Shown: positions 20,201 through 29,230 of the stretch, piece by piece
How the letters are laid out: each line of letters starts with the position of its first letter
Position numbering within the stretch: position 1 is the stretch's first letter
Assembly: GCA_945867435.1 (NCBI GenBank)
Contig: CAMBIK010000001.1
Span: 1-51,530, forward strand
Source: Klebsiella pneumoniae
GTDB taxonomy: Bacteria; Myxococcota_A; UBA796; SXON01
Direction: 5' to 3'
DNA length: 51,530 bases
The notes under the pieces: generated by a model
The model's input: only the letters and a program-made list of their open reading frames with translations
Told to the model about the DNA's origin: nothing
Database searches by the model: none
Position numbers and translations under genes: made by a program

Positions 20201-21183
20201 CCAAGTCGGAACGGGATGCGCAGATGGAAGCGCGGTTGCATGTCGGTGCCGGCGAAGTTGCGCGGTTGCTCGGGCTTGCATCCGCGGAACGGATGCTGAC
20301 CATCGCCTTGGACATCGCTGCCGAATCGGGCCCCCGACTCGCAGAAGCGCGAGCGCAGCTCGCACTGGGCCAACTGTACGCGGCACGTGGACGCCAAGCG
20401 GTCGCCCGAGCCAGCGTGGAAGACGCCAGCGGCATCGCGCGGCGGGCCGGCGACCTCGCCCTGCACATCCGATGTCTTGAGGTGCTCGGGGCCCTTTCGC
20501 TGGACGAAGGCCGCGTGGACGACGCGCGCACCGTGTACGAAGCAGGGCTGACCGCAGCCGGCGAGCGCGGAGACCTGGCGGCCCGCATGCTCCTGGGACT
20601 AGCGAATCACGCCAGTCGACTCGGAGAAAGCGCTGCGGCCCGCGAGTTCCTCGATCGTGCGCTTCCGCACGCCGAGCGCGCCAACGACCGCGTGCTCGTG
20701 GGGCGCGTGGTCAACAACATTGGCACTTCCTGGCTGGACGAGGAACGACCCGCCGAGGCACTGACCCAGTTTCGACGAGCCCTGGAGCTGCGGCGAGGGC
20801 TGGGCTACCGCCCCGGAGAGGTCACGAACCTCCACAACATCGGCGACAGTCTGCTACGCCTTGGCGACCTCGGGCGCGCCTGGGCCGCGTTCGAACAGTC
20901 CCGCGAGCTCGCCAACGAGTGCGCGTGGGACCGTGGCGTGGTGATGAACGACGTGTACCTGCATTTCCTGCGCGGGCTGCGCGGCGAGTCCGTGATCGAC
21001 GACCTGGAACAGGCAACGGCCACGGCCAAAAAGCTGGGCGAGCAGGAGGTGTGCTTCATCGCGCGCTGGTTCGTCACGCGCCTTCAGGCGAATACGGCGG
21101 AAGCCATCACGATCGCCGACGAATGCAGCGCCGCGGGCTTCCCCAGTGTCGCAAGGCAGATCCGCAACGCCACCCCGATCTGA
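17215..21183 (+). CDS. Ser/Thr protein kinase fused to cyclase-homology, AAA ATPase and TPR domains
   Basis: 'IAVGGMAELYLA', 'HRDVSPHN' and 'DFGIARL' mark the kinase. 'VVVMVVEVNGLTEF...FFGLP...GIHVGE' looks like a class III cyclase. P-loop 'GEAGSGKSRF'. C-terminal TPR-like repeats. 1322 aa. Confidence 0.9.
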   Translation: MEPTLPAPFGAYQLLQRIAVGGMAELYLARSFGAEGFEKRLVIKKIAPQLANSSRFVQMFVHEAKLSVALNHPNIVQVFDLGKVGADPYMAMEYIHGRDLTQTLRMLRREGERVDVGLAVYIAGKILRGLGYAHARSTPDGRPLHIVHRDVSPHNVMVSYEGEVKLVDFGIARLMGESAGETDPAQAGRPGGGKFAYMSPEQASGRTVDHRSDLFSLGVVLYEMLAGKRLFSNDDPDEKLRQVVECVIPDVRPLHPDVPLNLWIILQKALAKDPADRYPLAAAFEEDLRSLAFAEGWQTGAGDLARLMHRLWAEQIADGTAAPNNLDLLAEDLDAMHTGVEPDSTGSSHSTSESALNAEERPPRHALGLHGERKNVVVMVVEVNGLTEFSARAETEEIARVHFKMLRMVRTLIDRMGGIAERFDDDTLFVFFGLPRALGDDLDRALACASEFHRLASRLRRRGLPTEFSIGIHVGELNVGKRIGRHYRYTARGDTMKTCVRLAYAADPGTTLVSDRVAALAGDRFPFERGPELRRKGTRATRASFMLGEGRRRGGRGVQGRWLRRANELEVVRDALANVRDGRGARIGVVGEAGSGKSRFFRELRDLASRRDIPVFHGRARPFGADRPLAPFRDLISDILGIEADTGGAEVKERLQRLTELHLEESDIGVIATLFAMDMGNGGFPARKAIDTVMVKLVRGLARNRPTLVMLEDVQYLDAFELQLFSQLLDATEGEPVLLLASWRAGLHPDLVGRMDLVALGALETQQVEALAADLLGAESIGPDLAQLVRQTAEGNPLYLEEVLKALRQSGRIWYEGTRARLKDPHVQPKLPDTLAGLIAARVDALDPLAKGALQVAAVIGLGFSPTLLGEAVGADEPMALVGELVRAGLVAPDGRAQDTAYSFASVLVWECVNNGILGVQRREYNRMVSAAMERVHGNRLDTVLEAYAQHCQAGGRVREAVASVVRAGEDHCRTQFFERALDCFLRGIAWLDAGPKSERDAQMEARLHVGAGEVARLLGLASAERMLTIALDIAAESGPRLAEARAQLALGQLYAARGRQAVARASVEDASGIARRAGDLALHIRCLEVLGALSLDEGRVDDARTVYEAGLTAAGERGDLAARMLLGLANHASRLGESAAAREFLDRALPHAERANDRVLVGRVVNNIGTSWLDEERPAEALTQFRRALELRRGLGYRPGEVTNLHNIGDSLLRLGDLGRAWAAFEQSRELANECAWDRGVVMNDVYLHFLRGLRGESVIDDLEQATATAKKLGEQEVCFIARWFVTRLQANTAEAITIADECSAAGFPSVARQIRNATPI

Positions 21184-21277
21184 CAGGGGTCCCAGGCCGC
21201 CCGGCCCCGGCCCAGAACGGCCCCCCCCTCATGTCCGGCGGCCCCCACGCCGATCCATGCGGCGAACCGGAAGCCGC

Positions 21278-21649
21278 ATGCAAGAGTCTCGCCAGACCGT
21301 TCAACGCGCCGCCCCCCCCCCGCAGCTGGTTCAGCGCCGGGCGGGCGGGGTTGTCTTCCGCGTCAAGGACGCCGACCGGGGAACGCCGCTGTTGATGCAG
21401 CGCCCGCGGGTGCTCCCTTTCGAGCTTCGCCAGATGGAGTGGTTCTGGGTGCTCGTCGGGCAAAACCGCACGGTGTACATGCCAATTGGGCCCGATGACC
21501 ACGCCCTTTGGGGACTGATCGACGGCACGTCCACGGTCGCGGAGATCGCGGAGGCCCATCGGCTGCGGGAGGGGAAGGCGGATGTCCAGCGGGTCACCGA
21601 GTTCATGCAGTCGCTTCAGCGCGCCAGCCTCGTAGAGCTGCTGCCGTAG
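21278..21649 (+). CDS. PqqD-like small protein (tentative)
   Basis: '...ALWGLIDGTSTVAEIAEAHRLREGKADVQRVTEFMQSLQRASLVELL' resembles the PqqD / RiPP-recognition-element layout. Start at 21257 or 21278. The Pro/Arg-rich N-terminal part of ORF 21146 is discarded. Confidence 0.4.
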   Translation: MQESRQTVQRAAPPPQLVQRRAGGVVFRVKDADRGTPLLMQRPRVLPFELRQMEWFWVLVGQNRTVYMPIGPDDHALWGLIDGTSTVAEIAEAHRLREGKADVQRVTEFMQSLQRASLVELLP

Positions 21650-21664
21650 GGGTAGTTTGGGGGA

Positions 21665-22180
21665 TCAGTCGCCCTCAACGTCGAGGGAGGCGCGCGCAAC
21701 CGTGTAGCTAAAGCCGGCACGGCCCAGGCGAGCGAGGTCGCGCTCTCGGTGAAGGACACGCTCCTCGGGCGGTCGCCACCCGCCCATCCTGCGCCGCTTC
21801 ACATAGGCGGCACAGGCCAATACCTCCGGATTCCCCTCCGTGGACGCCAGGCCTGCCTCGATCGCGGCGGAGTCGATCCCCTTCGCTCCCAGACGGGCCT
21901 GGATCTGCCTGGGCGACACTCCGCGGGCGATGCCACGCGCCGCCCGCACCTCGGCGAAGCGGGCGTCATTGATGTAGCCATAATGCTCGGCGGTACCCAG
22001 CGCTTCGTCGAGCGCGGCCACGAGCACCTCCCGGTCACCTTCGAAGCTCCGCAGCGAAGTATCGATTTTGCGAAGGTACAGGCGCCGCACATGCTGGCGG
22101 GGCGCCGAGTAGCGCTGCACATGACGGAGAACGCCGGCGCGGACGCGTTCGGGGGTCAGGGGGCGCAGAGTCTTCGCCAT
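21665..22180 (-). CDS. recX: Regulatory protein RecX
   Basis: 'GYINDARFAEVRAARGIARGVSPRQIQARLGAKGIDSAAIEAGL' and a repeated three-helix pattern. Start 'MAKTLRPL' chosen to avoid overlap with the divergent gene at 22209. Confidence 0.75.
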   Translation of the reverse strand: MAKTLRPLTPERVRAGVLRHVQRYSAPRQHVRRLYLRKIDTSLRSFEGDREVLVAALDEALGTAEHYGYINDARFAEVRAARGIARGVSPRQIQARLGAKGIDSAAIEAGLASTEGNPEVLACAAYVKRRRMGGWRPPEERVLHRERDLARLGRAGFSYTVARASLDVEGD

Positions 22181-22208
22181 CGGGTGCGAGATATACCCGA
22201 AACTCGGC

Positions 22209-23852
22209 ATGTCCACCCTCCACGTTTCCCGAGCCCTGGCCGGCTGGTTGGCGCTCGCGCTGGTCGTGGTCCTGCCACGCGGGGGGCTCACTGGGAACGC
22301 CGACGTCGATGTCTGGAACCACGCCTGGGGCCTGTGGTGGGTGGCCGATGCGCTGAGTCACGGACAAATACCGTGGTTCACCGAGCTGCTCGGGGCACCC
22401 GACGGTGGGGTTCTCTACTACATCGACGCCATCGGAGCGCTCGGCTCCCTGCCGTTCACCCTCACGCTCGGACCGCACTTCGCCTACGAGGCACTGGTGA
22501 TCGGCCGGGTCGCGCTGGCCGGCTTTTTTGCGTGTGCGCTCGCCCGAGAACTGTGGGGGGAAGGCCCTCATGCCGTGCTCGCAGGCGTGGCCTATGCCAC
22601 ATGCCCCATGCTGTTGTGCGAGCTCCAGAATGGCATCACTGAAGTCGCGGCCATCTACTGGATCCCGGCCGCCGCCCTGGCCGCTTACCGGGCTGTGCGG
22701 CTGGCGACCCCCGTGGCGTGGGCGCTGCTCGGGGTGGTGCTGGGACTGTCTGTGCTCGCCAATTTCTACTACGGCCTCGTGACCGTGGGGCTCGCAGCGG
22801 GGGTGTGGGCGCTGCGGTCGCGTTCGCCGCGGGGCCTGCTCCTGGCGGCGGCCGTGCTGATCCTCATCGCCCTGCCCGGTGCCTGGGCGCTGCGTGCCTC
22901 GCTGGCCGACCCCGCAGCCCTGGTGATGCGGGCCCAAGGGCTCAATCGCGAGCTGGCCTCCCACAACGCTGTGGACCCCCAGGTTTTCTGGATGCCTGGC
23001 AGCTTTACATCGGTCGACCTGGAGGGGAAGTACGGCGAGGCCTTTCGCCACACCGGCTACCTCCGTTGGAGCGTGATCCTGCTGGCCGGGGCGGGCACCC
23101 TGCTGCGGCTGCGTGGGAACCGGCGCCACACCGGAGAGATCGTCGTCTTCGCAGCGCTTTCGCTTGTACTCGCCCTGGGTCCGCAGCTCTGGTTCGGCGG
23201 GCGGTTCGTGCTGTTCGACCACCACCCGGTCTTCCTTCCCTTCGCCCACCTTCAGCGTCTCGTTCCTGAGCTCGCGATCACCCACCCCTTGCGGCTCTCG
23301 GTCGCGGCGCAGGCGATGGTGGCGGTGCTGGCCGCTCGGGCGCTCGTCGGGCGGCCCGCGTGGATCGTCGGCGTGCTCTCGCTGGTCGTCGCCGCCGAAG
23401 GGATGCTCGGCTCGCTCGCAGTCTGGCCCATTCCCGAGTCCTCCCCCCGGATCCCCGCCATCTACCATGAGATCGCGGAACAAACCGACTCGCGAGGGGT
23501 CCTCGACCTCCCGGGAGATGTGGGCACCCGCATGGCGACAAGCCAGTATTTCTGGTTCCAGACCGTTCACAGTCACCCGGTTCCCTACAAGCCCGACGCC
23601 CGGGCCAACGACAACGGCGACCCGGCCACCTTTGCCCTGCTGCCGAACCGCATGGCCCGCGACACGACGCCGGCTCCACTTGACCGGATCGCGCTGGATC
23701 ACCTGCAACAAACCTATGGTTGGGTGATCATCCACCCCGAATTCGAGGCCAGAGCTGGGCTTCCGGCCTCGCTCCGCTCCACCCTCGAACCGGCGCTGGG
23801 TGCGCCCGTCGAGCGGGATGGGCTGCTGGTGTGGCGACTCCCGCCACCCTGA
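22209..23852 (+). CDS. Polytopic membrane protein (GT-C-like appearance), function unknown
   Basis: 547 aa. Numerous TM segments followed by a soluble C-terminal domain. No motif I can name with confidence. Confidence 0.6.
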   Translation: MSTLHVSRALAGWLALALVVVLPRGGLTGNADVDVWNHAWGLWWVADALSHGQIPWFTELLGAPDGGVLYYIDAIGALGSLPFTLTLGPHFAYEALVIGRVALAGFFACALARELWGEGPHAVLAGVAYATCPMLLCELQNGITEVAAIYWIPAAALAAYRAVRLATPVAWALLGVVLGLSVLANFYYGLVTVGLAAGVWALRSRSPRGLLLAAAVLILIALPGAWALRASLADPAALVMRAQGLNRELASHNAVDPQVFWMPGSFTSVDLEGKYGEAFRHTGYLRWSVILLAGAGTLLRLRGNRRHTGEIVVFAALSLVLALGPQLWFGGRFVLFDHHPVFLPFAHLQRLVPELAITHPLRLSVAAQAMVAVLAARALVGRPAWIVGVLSLVVAAEGMLGSLAVWPIPESSPRIPAIYHEIAEQTDSRGVLDLPGDVGTRMATSQYFWFQTVHSHPVPYKPDARANDNGDPATFALLPNRMARDTTPAPLDRIALDHLQQTYGWVIIHPEFEARAGLPASLRSTLEPALGAPVERDGLLVWRLPPP

Positions 23853-23896
23853 CCAGCTCTCGCACGCCGCGGCAGGAACGCGCCCGAAACCGCAGG

Positions 23897-23975
23897 CCGG
23901 AAAGCGCAGCTTGGAGGCCGGAGGGAATGGAGCGGTAGGGGAAGGGGCGGCGAGCCCTTTCCCCCGTTTGTTGAT
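23897..23975 (-). repeat. REP-like intergenic element, copy C (inverted)
   Basis: The reverse complement reads 'ACGGGGGAAAGGGCTCGCCGCCCCTTCCCCTACCGCTCCATTCCCTCCGGCCTCCAAGCTGCGCTTTCCGG'. Confidence 0.8.
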
Positions 23976-23980
23976 AGGTC

Positions 23981-24859
23981 GTGGCCATGCGCGACGTGCT
24001 GACCGAGCTCCTCCAACTGCTCCGCCTCGAACGAATTGAGGACCGGGTTTTTCGAGGCCAGAGCCAGGATTTGGGCTGGGGGGTGGTTTTTGGCGGGCAA
24101 GTGCTGGGACAAGCGCTGTCCGCTGCCGCCCAGACCGTGCCAGCGAGCCGCCATGTCCATTCGATGCACGCGTACTTTCTGCGTCAGGGCGATGCGAGGT
24201 TTCCCATCGGGTATGAAGTGGACCCAAGTCGCGACGGCTCAAGCTTTACGACCCGGCGTGTCGTCGCCGTTCAAGGTGGACAACCGATCTTCATCCTCTC
24301 CGCCAGCTTCCAGGGCGACGAGCGGGGATTCGACCACGCCGCCGCCATGCCGCTCGACGTTCCTCCTCCGGAGGGGCTGCTGAGCGAACAGGAGGCGGCA
24401 CGGCTGGTCTTCGACCAGATCCCGGAGCCGCTGCGTGCCCAGGCGGTCGCGGACCGACCGATCGAGATTCGTGCGGTCCAACCTTGGAGTCTCCTCCGGC
24501 CGAAAAAGATGCCACCCCGCCGGCAGCTCTGGTTTCGCGCCTCGGCCCCGCTCCCCGACGACCCCGCCGTTCACCGCTACCTGCTCGCCTACGCCAGCGA
24601 CTTCAACTTCCTGCCGACAGCGATGATGCCGCATGGCGTGAGTTGGCTCACGCCTGGAATGCAGGTCGCCAGCTTGGACCATGCGATGTGGTTCCATCGG
24701 CCCTTCCGCTTCGACGACTGGCTGCTGTACGACGTGGAGAGCCCCTCGGCCTCCGGCGCTCGCGGCCTGGTCCAGGGTCGGTTCTACACGCGCGATGGCA
24801 CATTGGTCGCCTCGGTCGCCCAGGAAGGGCTGATGCGGAACCGCGCCGAGCCCGCCTGA
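23981..24859 (+). CDS. tesB: Acyl-CoA thioesterase II
   Basis: 'LERIEDRVFRGQSQDLGWGVVFGGQVLGQAL', 'HSMHAYFLRQGD' and double hot-dog length (292 aa). Confidence 0.85.
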   Translation: MAMRDVLTELLQLLRLERIEDRVFRGQSQDLGWGVVFGGQVLGQALSAAAQTVPASRHVHSMHAYFLRQGDARFPIGYEVDPSRDGSSFTTRRVVAVQGGQPIFILSASFQGDERGFDHAAAMPLDVPPPEGLLSEQEAARLVFDQIPEPLRAQAVADRPIEIRAVQPWSLLRPKKMPPRRQLWFRASAPLPDDPAVHRYLLAYASDFNFLPTAMMPHGVSWLTPGMQVASLDHAMWFHRPFRFDDWLLYDVESPSASGARGLVQGRFYTRDGTLVASVAQEGLMRNRAEPA

Positions 24860-24863
24860 ACGG

Positions 24864-26246
24864 TCAGGGCTCGCCGTCGCAGATATCACCGAGGCCATCG
24901 CCATCGCGGTCGGTCTGGTCCGCCACCCAGGCGCCGTCGGGGGACAGCGAAGGCACAAGGTCGGTCACCGCGACACCGCCATCGAGGAACCGCACCGCCT
25001 GGCCCCAGCCCCCACCCCAGTCGCGCACCTTCACAAGCAGAGTGTTCCAACCTTCGTTCACGGCCACGGTCGCCTGGAACTGGTCGGCGTTCACGCCCTG
25101 GCAGCTCCCCACGTCAAGGACGAAGGCACCGTTCCACCACGCGAAAACTCCATCATCCGCGCCCAACGACAACGTGAGCGACCGCGCTGTGGGGCTTTGC
25201 AAGTACACCAAGGTGTAGGACTCGCGAGAGGGGGTGGCCCAGCCGTAGGGGCCGTTGAGGTCGTAGGTGTCCCCCGTGAGCAAAGCGTAGGTCCAAGTCA
25301 AGTCGCCCGCGGGTTCACCCACGGCGGGCGCGATCCCCGCATCCTCGCCCACGAAGGCTTGCTCCGAAGGGCGACATTCGGCGGTGGTGGCGCCGCCGGT
25401 GAAGGGGCCCGCGCTCAGCCAATGGCGGATGTAGCCATTCGTCGAGAGCGCCGGCGGCGGCGTGTTGGGGCCATTGCTGATGTCGGGGCAATTATCCACG
25501 GCATTGTCGAGGCCATCGCCATCGAGGTCGGTGTCGCAGGTATCCGGCACGCGGTCGGCATCGGTGTCGGCCCCAGACGAGGGAGCACCGATGGCGGTGG
25601 GGTCGGGTGTATCAAGATCCAGCACATACTCCGCCACGTCTGCACGATTCACGGCCGACACACACACAGACCAGACACCCCCCTCGACCCATCGAGCACC
25701 GGGGGCGGTGAGCGGGTCGAGAACCGCGCACCCTTCCTCATTCGGGGACCCCGCTGCGACGTAGCTCCCGTCGGGCGAATGGAGGGCGAGCGTGAGCGCG
25801 GGACCACAAGGAGGCCTCTGGACGGCGGAAACGGCGCCGCACGGGAGGACCTCGACGGCCCAACAATCGATATCGCGGTCGGTCAGGCTGCCATCCGCCT
25901 CGTCGGGGCCTTCCATGGGCACCACGGGGGTTGCTGAATCCCACTCCTCGTTCGGCTCGAGATCCGGCGTGCCCAGTTCCAGCCCGCAGGACGACGAACA
26001 GCCATCCCCGCCCCGAACGCCACCGTCGTCACACGCCTCGGCCGCGTCAATCACCGCATCGCCGCACGCCGCCGGGAAGCAGGTCGTACGGCAGGCATCC
26101 GCCACAGTGTCGCTGTTGGCAACGGCGTTATCGCACAGCTCATCCCCATCGATGACACCATCGCCGCACCCAGGCACCACCGATTCCACCACCACAACGG
26201 AGTCAGGGGGCGATTCGACCACGCACGCCAGGAGCAGGTGGAACAC
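24864..26246 (-). CDS. Lipoprotein with Myxococcus-type Cys-rich repeats, TSP3-like Ca-binding repeats and a PA14-like domain
   Basis: Lipobox 'LLLAC'. 'CGDGVIDGDELCDN...C' occurs twice. 'DTDADRVPDTCDTDLDGDGLDNAVDNCPD' and C-terminal 'DQTDRDGDGLGDICD'. 'LSLGADDGVFAWWNG' is PA14-like. Confidence 0.75.
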   Translation of the reverse strand: MFHLLLACVVESPPDSVVVVESVVPGCGDGVIDGDELCDNAVANSDTVADACRTTCFPAACGDAVIDAAEACDDGGVRGGDGCSSSCGLELGTPDLEPNEEWDSATPVVPMEGPDEADGSLTDRDIDCWAVEVLPCGAVSAVQRPPCGPALTLALHSPDGSYVAAGSPNEEGCAVLDPLTAPGARWVEGGVWSVCVSAVNRADVAEYVLDLDTPDPTAIGAPSSGADTDADRVPDTCDTDLDGDGLDNAVDNCPDISNGPNTPPPALSTNGYIRHWLSAGPFTGGATTAECRPSEQAFVGEDAGIAPAVGEPAGDLTWTYALLTGDTYDLNGPYGWATPSRESYTLVYLQSPTARSLTLSLGADDGVFAWWNGAFVLDVGSCQGVNADQFQATVAVNEGWNTLLVKVRDWGGGWGQAVRFLDGGVAVTDLVPSLSPDGAWVADQTDRDGDGLGDICDGEP

Positions 26247-26261
26247 GGCCGCGAGTGTATC

Positions 26262-26300
26262 GTGTCGGGGGGGAAAGGGCTCGCCGCCCTCTCCCCCTCT
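26262..26300 (+). repeat. REP-like element, copy D (hairpin part only)
   Basis: 'GGGGGGGAAAGGGCTCGCCGCCCTCTCCCCC'. The tail diverges from copies A-C. Confidence 0.65.
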
Positions 26301-26394
26301 CCGCCCTCACCCATGGGACACCATGGGTGACCATGCCGGTTCCGCGCGTTGCCCATCCCCAGACCCCCGACATTGCGCTACGCTCGCCCGGCTC

Positions 26395-28182
26395 ATGCAA
26401 AAGCCCGTCTCGCTCACCCTCATCCCCTCCCCTCCTCAGGCTCAGCGGATCGGCCGAAACGCCGCCTTCGCCGAAGCAGGGGCGAAGCGTGACCGCTACA
26501 CGCTGCCCGACCAGCTCGCCAGCGAAAGCCCGGTCGGCTACCGAACGCGCCCCAGCTTGACGGCCGAGGAAGCCCGGCTCACCTCGGGGCTGTTCTCCCT
26601 GGAGCCGCCGACGGCCTTCGTGCCCGGCACCCCTGTCACCGAGGGCGAGCTGTTCGAAGAAGCTGCGCTCGGCGTGCTCACCTCACGACAGTCCACGAAC
26701 TTCCGCGGGCATCGCCAGATCACGCTCGGACCGGCCGACTCCGCTCAGCTTGTGCCGCTGTTGGAGCAGCTCGAGGGCTGCGAACGCCCGGTACTTGGAG
26801 GCGCCGCCTACACGCATGTGGGCTTCTCACGCCCGTACCGCACCCCCTTCACCTTCCTGTTGACCTTCGTCGGGCACAAGACCGTGGCCTCGCTCTTCAC
26901 GGTCCCGAAGCGCGCATGGCAGAAGAAGTTCCATCACGCCGACGACATCCCGACCGTGGGCTTCCTCCAACACCTCCACGTCGGGATCTGGGCCGACTCC
27001 ATCGAGCGGGCCGCGGTGATCGCTTCCAACGGCACTCGCCAAGCCAACGTGTGGATGCAACCGTTCTCCGGTCCGGCATGGCAGGAAAAGAACGCCCAAG
27101 TCCTCAGCAAGATTGAGGCGCTGGTCGGCCTGACCGGGGCAGAGCGTCGCGAGGGATGGCGGGTGTGTTTGATCGCCGAAGTCGGCACGGTCGCGACACC
27201 CCTTGACCTGGGAAAACCCCTGTGCCGTAAGCTGGGCGCCACGCTGATGAGCCTCCGCTCGGAACGCATCCAACCCGGGGTCAACGCCGAGGAAAAGGCA
27301 CCCAACCCTTACCAGTCGCGCCAGGACATGGACGTGCCGGATGAACTGGTGGAGATGGCGGGCCGCGCCGCGTACAACGCGTTCTGTCATTGGACGGGCA
27401 TAGACCGGGAGGCGGCCAAGGCCCTCCTGCTCCTGGAGCGGATCGACGTTCTCACGGACGGCGGAAAGGAGCGCCTGCGGTCCGTGCGGCGGGACTTGGA
27501 AGACATCACCGACCAGCTCGTCTCCGCGCTACCCCTCTGGGCCGACCTGCCCCTGCTGCGAAGCCTGAGCACCAACGCGGCCCGCGGGAAAAAGGCGTTT
27601 GCCCTCGCGGGACAGCGGATCTACGTCGGCGGACTGTCCCGCGCCGAGGTGCAGGCGGCCGGACTCGACTTCGCGCATGCCGTTCGCGCCTTCGGGGCTG
27701 CCTCCGCTCGTTCGGCTCTGGTCTGCGAGCTATCCGGGTGCATCGACATTCCAGCGGGCTGCGACCTGTTGGCCGGGGTTTGCCTCATGGCCGGTCCGGT
27801 GAACCAGAACGACGTGGGTAAGCAGTTTCATGGTTACGCCGATTTGTTGGCTGGAGCCTTTCCAGGTCGCGACCCAACCTCGCTCCTTGTGTGGACCTTG
27901 AAAGCCAAGACGGTGGCTGACCCCATCGGCAACGAAGAGCAACTGATGAACGCATCGCGCAAGGGTGCCCTCGTGGATCTCCGCAGCGGGCCGCCAGATA
28001 TTGTGGGCCTCCTTCGCCACGGAAAGGTGGAGCCGATGCGGTCCCGCGAGGGGCGTTCAAACAGCGAACGAGCGTTCCACGATGTCGGCAACTTCGTGAC
28101 GGATGCCGCGGGCAAGCAAATCCCGGGAAACTGCGGTTCCGCTTGGCCAATGGCCTGGCGGCAGGAGCACCCGTGGGGATAA
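26395..28182 (+). CDS. Hypothetical protein (about 595 aa)
   Basis: Start 'MQKPVSL' is the first ATG clear of the divergent upstream gene and REP copy D. Protein-like composition, no recognisable motif. Confidence 0.55.
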   Translation: MQKPVSLTLIPSPPQAQRIGRNAAFAEAGAKRDRYTLPDQLASESPVGYRTRPSLTAEEARLTSGLFSLEPPTAFVPGTPVTEGELFEEAALGVLTSRQSTNFRGHRQITLGPADSAQLVPLLEQLEGCERPVLGGAAYTHVGFSRPYRTPFTFLLTFVGHKTVASLFTVPKRAWQKKFHHADDIPTVGFLQHLHVGIWADSIERAAVIASNGTRQANVWMQPFSGPAWQEKNAQVLSKIEALVGLTGAERREGWRVCLIAEVGTVATPLDLGKPLCRKLGATLMSLRSERIQPGVNAEEKAPNPYQSRQDMDVPDELVEMAGRAAYNAFCHWTGIDREAAKALLLLERIDVLTDGGKERLRSVRRDLEDITDQLVSALPLWADLPLLRSLSTNAARGKKAFALAGQRIYVGGLSRAEVQAAGLDFAHAVRAFGAASARSALVCELSGCIDIPAGCDLLAGVCLMAGPVNQNDVGKQFHGYADLLAGAFPGRDPTSLLVWTLKAKTVADPIGNEEQLMNASRKGALVDLRSGPPDIVGLLRHGKVEPMRSREGRSNSERAFHDVGNFVTDAAGKQIPGNCGSAWPMAWRQEHPWG

Positions 28183-29012
28183 CCCTGGAATTCGACACGC
28201 CGCCTGCCATTTCGCTCGCCACCGTTGCGATGAAGCGTGGCCGGCACCACGCACCTGGCGAGCCCTTCCCCGCCATCGAAGCCACCGCACGCAGGCTTGT
28301 CCCCGCGCCTGCGGACTACGCCCGCGTGTGCGGTTTCCCCGGAACCGAGGTGCTGCCTGTCACATATTGCGATGCTTTGGCGCGGGGGCTTCAGCTCGCG
28401 GTGCTGACGCATGCGGCCTTCCCGCTCCGCTTGTTCGGGATCATTCACACCGAACAGGTGATCGAGCAACGGCGAGCCATCTGCGCCCGCGAAGCGCTGT
28501 CGGGTCGCGCTTGGGTGGAGGGTCCACGGGTGGCTCGAAACGGCGGTGAGTTCGACCTGCATACGGTCATTTCAGTCGACGGCGAGGAGGTGTGGCACGG
28601 CGTAACCACCATCCTGTCGCGCGAGCTGCCCGGAGATGGCGTGAAGCGTCCCCGCCAGCAGGAGCCGAGTTGGAAGGCTTCCCGCTCGGTGATCTGGCCG
28701 TTAGCTGCCGACCTTGGCCGGCGGTACGCAGCGGTGACCGGGGATCACAACCCCATCCACCTCTGGCCAGTGACCGCGCGACTGTTCGGCTTCAAACGCC
28801 CCATCGCGCACGGATGGTGGGCACTTGCGCGGAGCCTCGCCGAGATGGACCAGGATGTGCCCGCAGCATGTCGGATCCACGCGCGCTTCTCCAAGCCGAT
28901 GCCGATGCCTGGCACCCTGCATTTCGCTTCTGGACCGCTCCCCGCGGGCGGCCACGCGTTTGCGCTACGCCGCCGCGAGCTGTGCCTTAGTGGCGAGGTT
29001 CACGGCCGCTGA
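28143..29012 (+). CDS. MaoC-like (R)-hydratase/dehydratase, double hot-dog
   Basis: Hydratase motif 'YAAVTGDHNPIHLWPVTARLFG'. Start at 28143 (ATG) or 28173 (GTG), either of which overlaps the end of the upstream gene. Confidence 0.75.
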   Translation: MANGLAAGAPVGITLEFDTPPAISLATVAMKRGRHHAPGEPFPAIEATARRLVPAPADYARVCGFPGTEVLPVTYCDALARGLQLAVLTHAAFPLRLFGIIHTEQVIEQRRAICAREALSGRAWVEGPRVARNGGEFDLHTVISVDGEEVWHGVTTILSRELPGDGVKRPRQQEPSWKASRSVIWPLAADLGRRYAAVTGDHNPIHLWPVTARLFGFKRPIAHGWWALARSLAEMDQDVPAACRIHARFSKPMPMPGTLHFASGPLPAGGHAFALRRRELCLSGEVHGR

Positions 29013-29230
29013 ATCGCCGGCGCCGCAGCAAGAGCAACGCGCCCAGGCCCACGGCCATCGGTGCAGCCGCCTGACCCGGCGTTGAGCAGTCGCAGCCCCC
29101 TTCCAGGCTGATCTCGTCCTTGGGGATCTCGGTGTCGCCGTTGTCGCCCGGACCCGGGTCTTCCTCCCCCGACGTGTCGCCGCCCGTGTCGCCGTTGGCA
29201 TCCACGCCGTTGCAGTCCTGGTCGATTGAT
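28987..29230 (-). pseudogene. 3' remnant of a MYXO-CTERM protein gene
   Basis: 'DQDCNGVDANGDTGGDTSGEEDPGPGDNGD...EGGCDCSTPGQAAAPMAVGLGALLLLRRRR'. There is no plausible N-terminus because the upstream frame runs into the IS fragment. Confidence 0.5.

Noticed and set aside
22035-24242. 735-aa minus-strand ORF opposite the membrane protein gene 22209..23852
   Set aside because: Low-complexity Arg/Pro/Gly composition that also spans REP copy C. The plus-strand frame encodes coherent TM segments.
25792-26394. 5' extension of ORF 25792..28182
   Set aside because: Ser/Pro/Thr-rich, antisense to the Cys-rich-repeat lipoprotein gene, and it crosses REP copy D.
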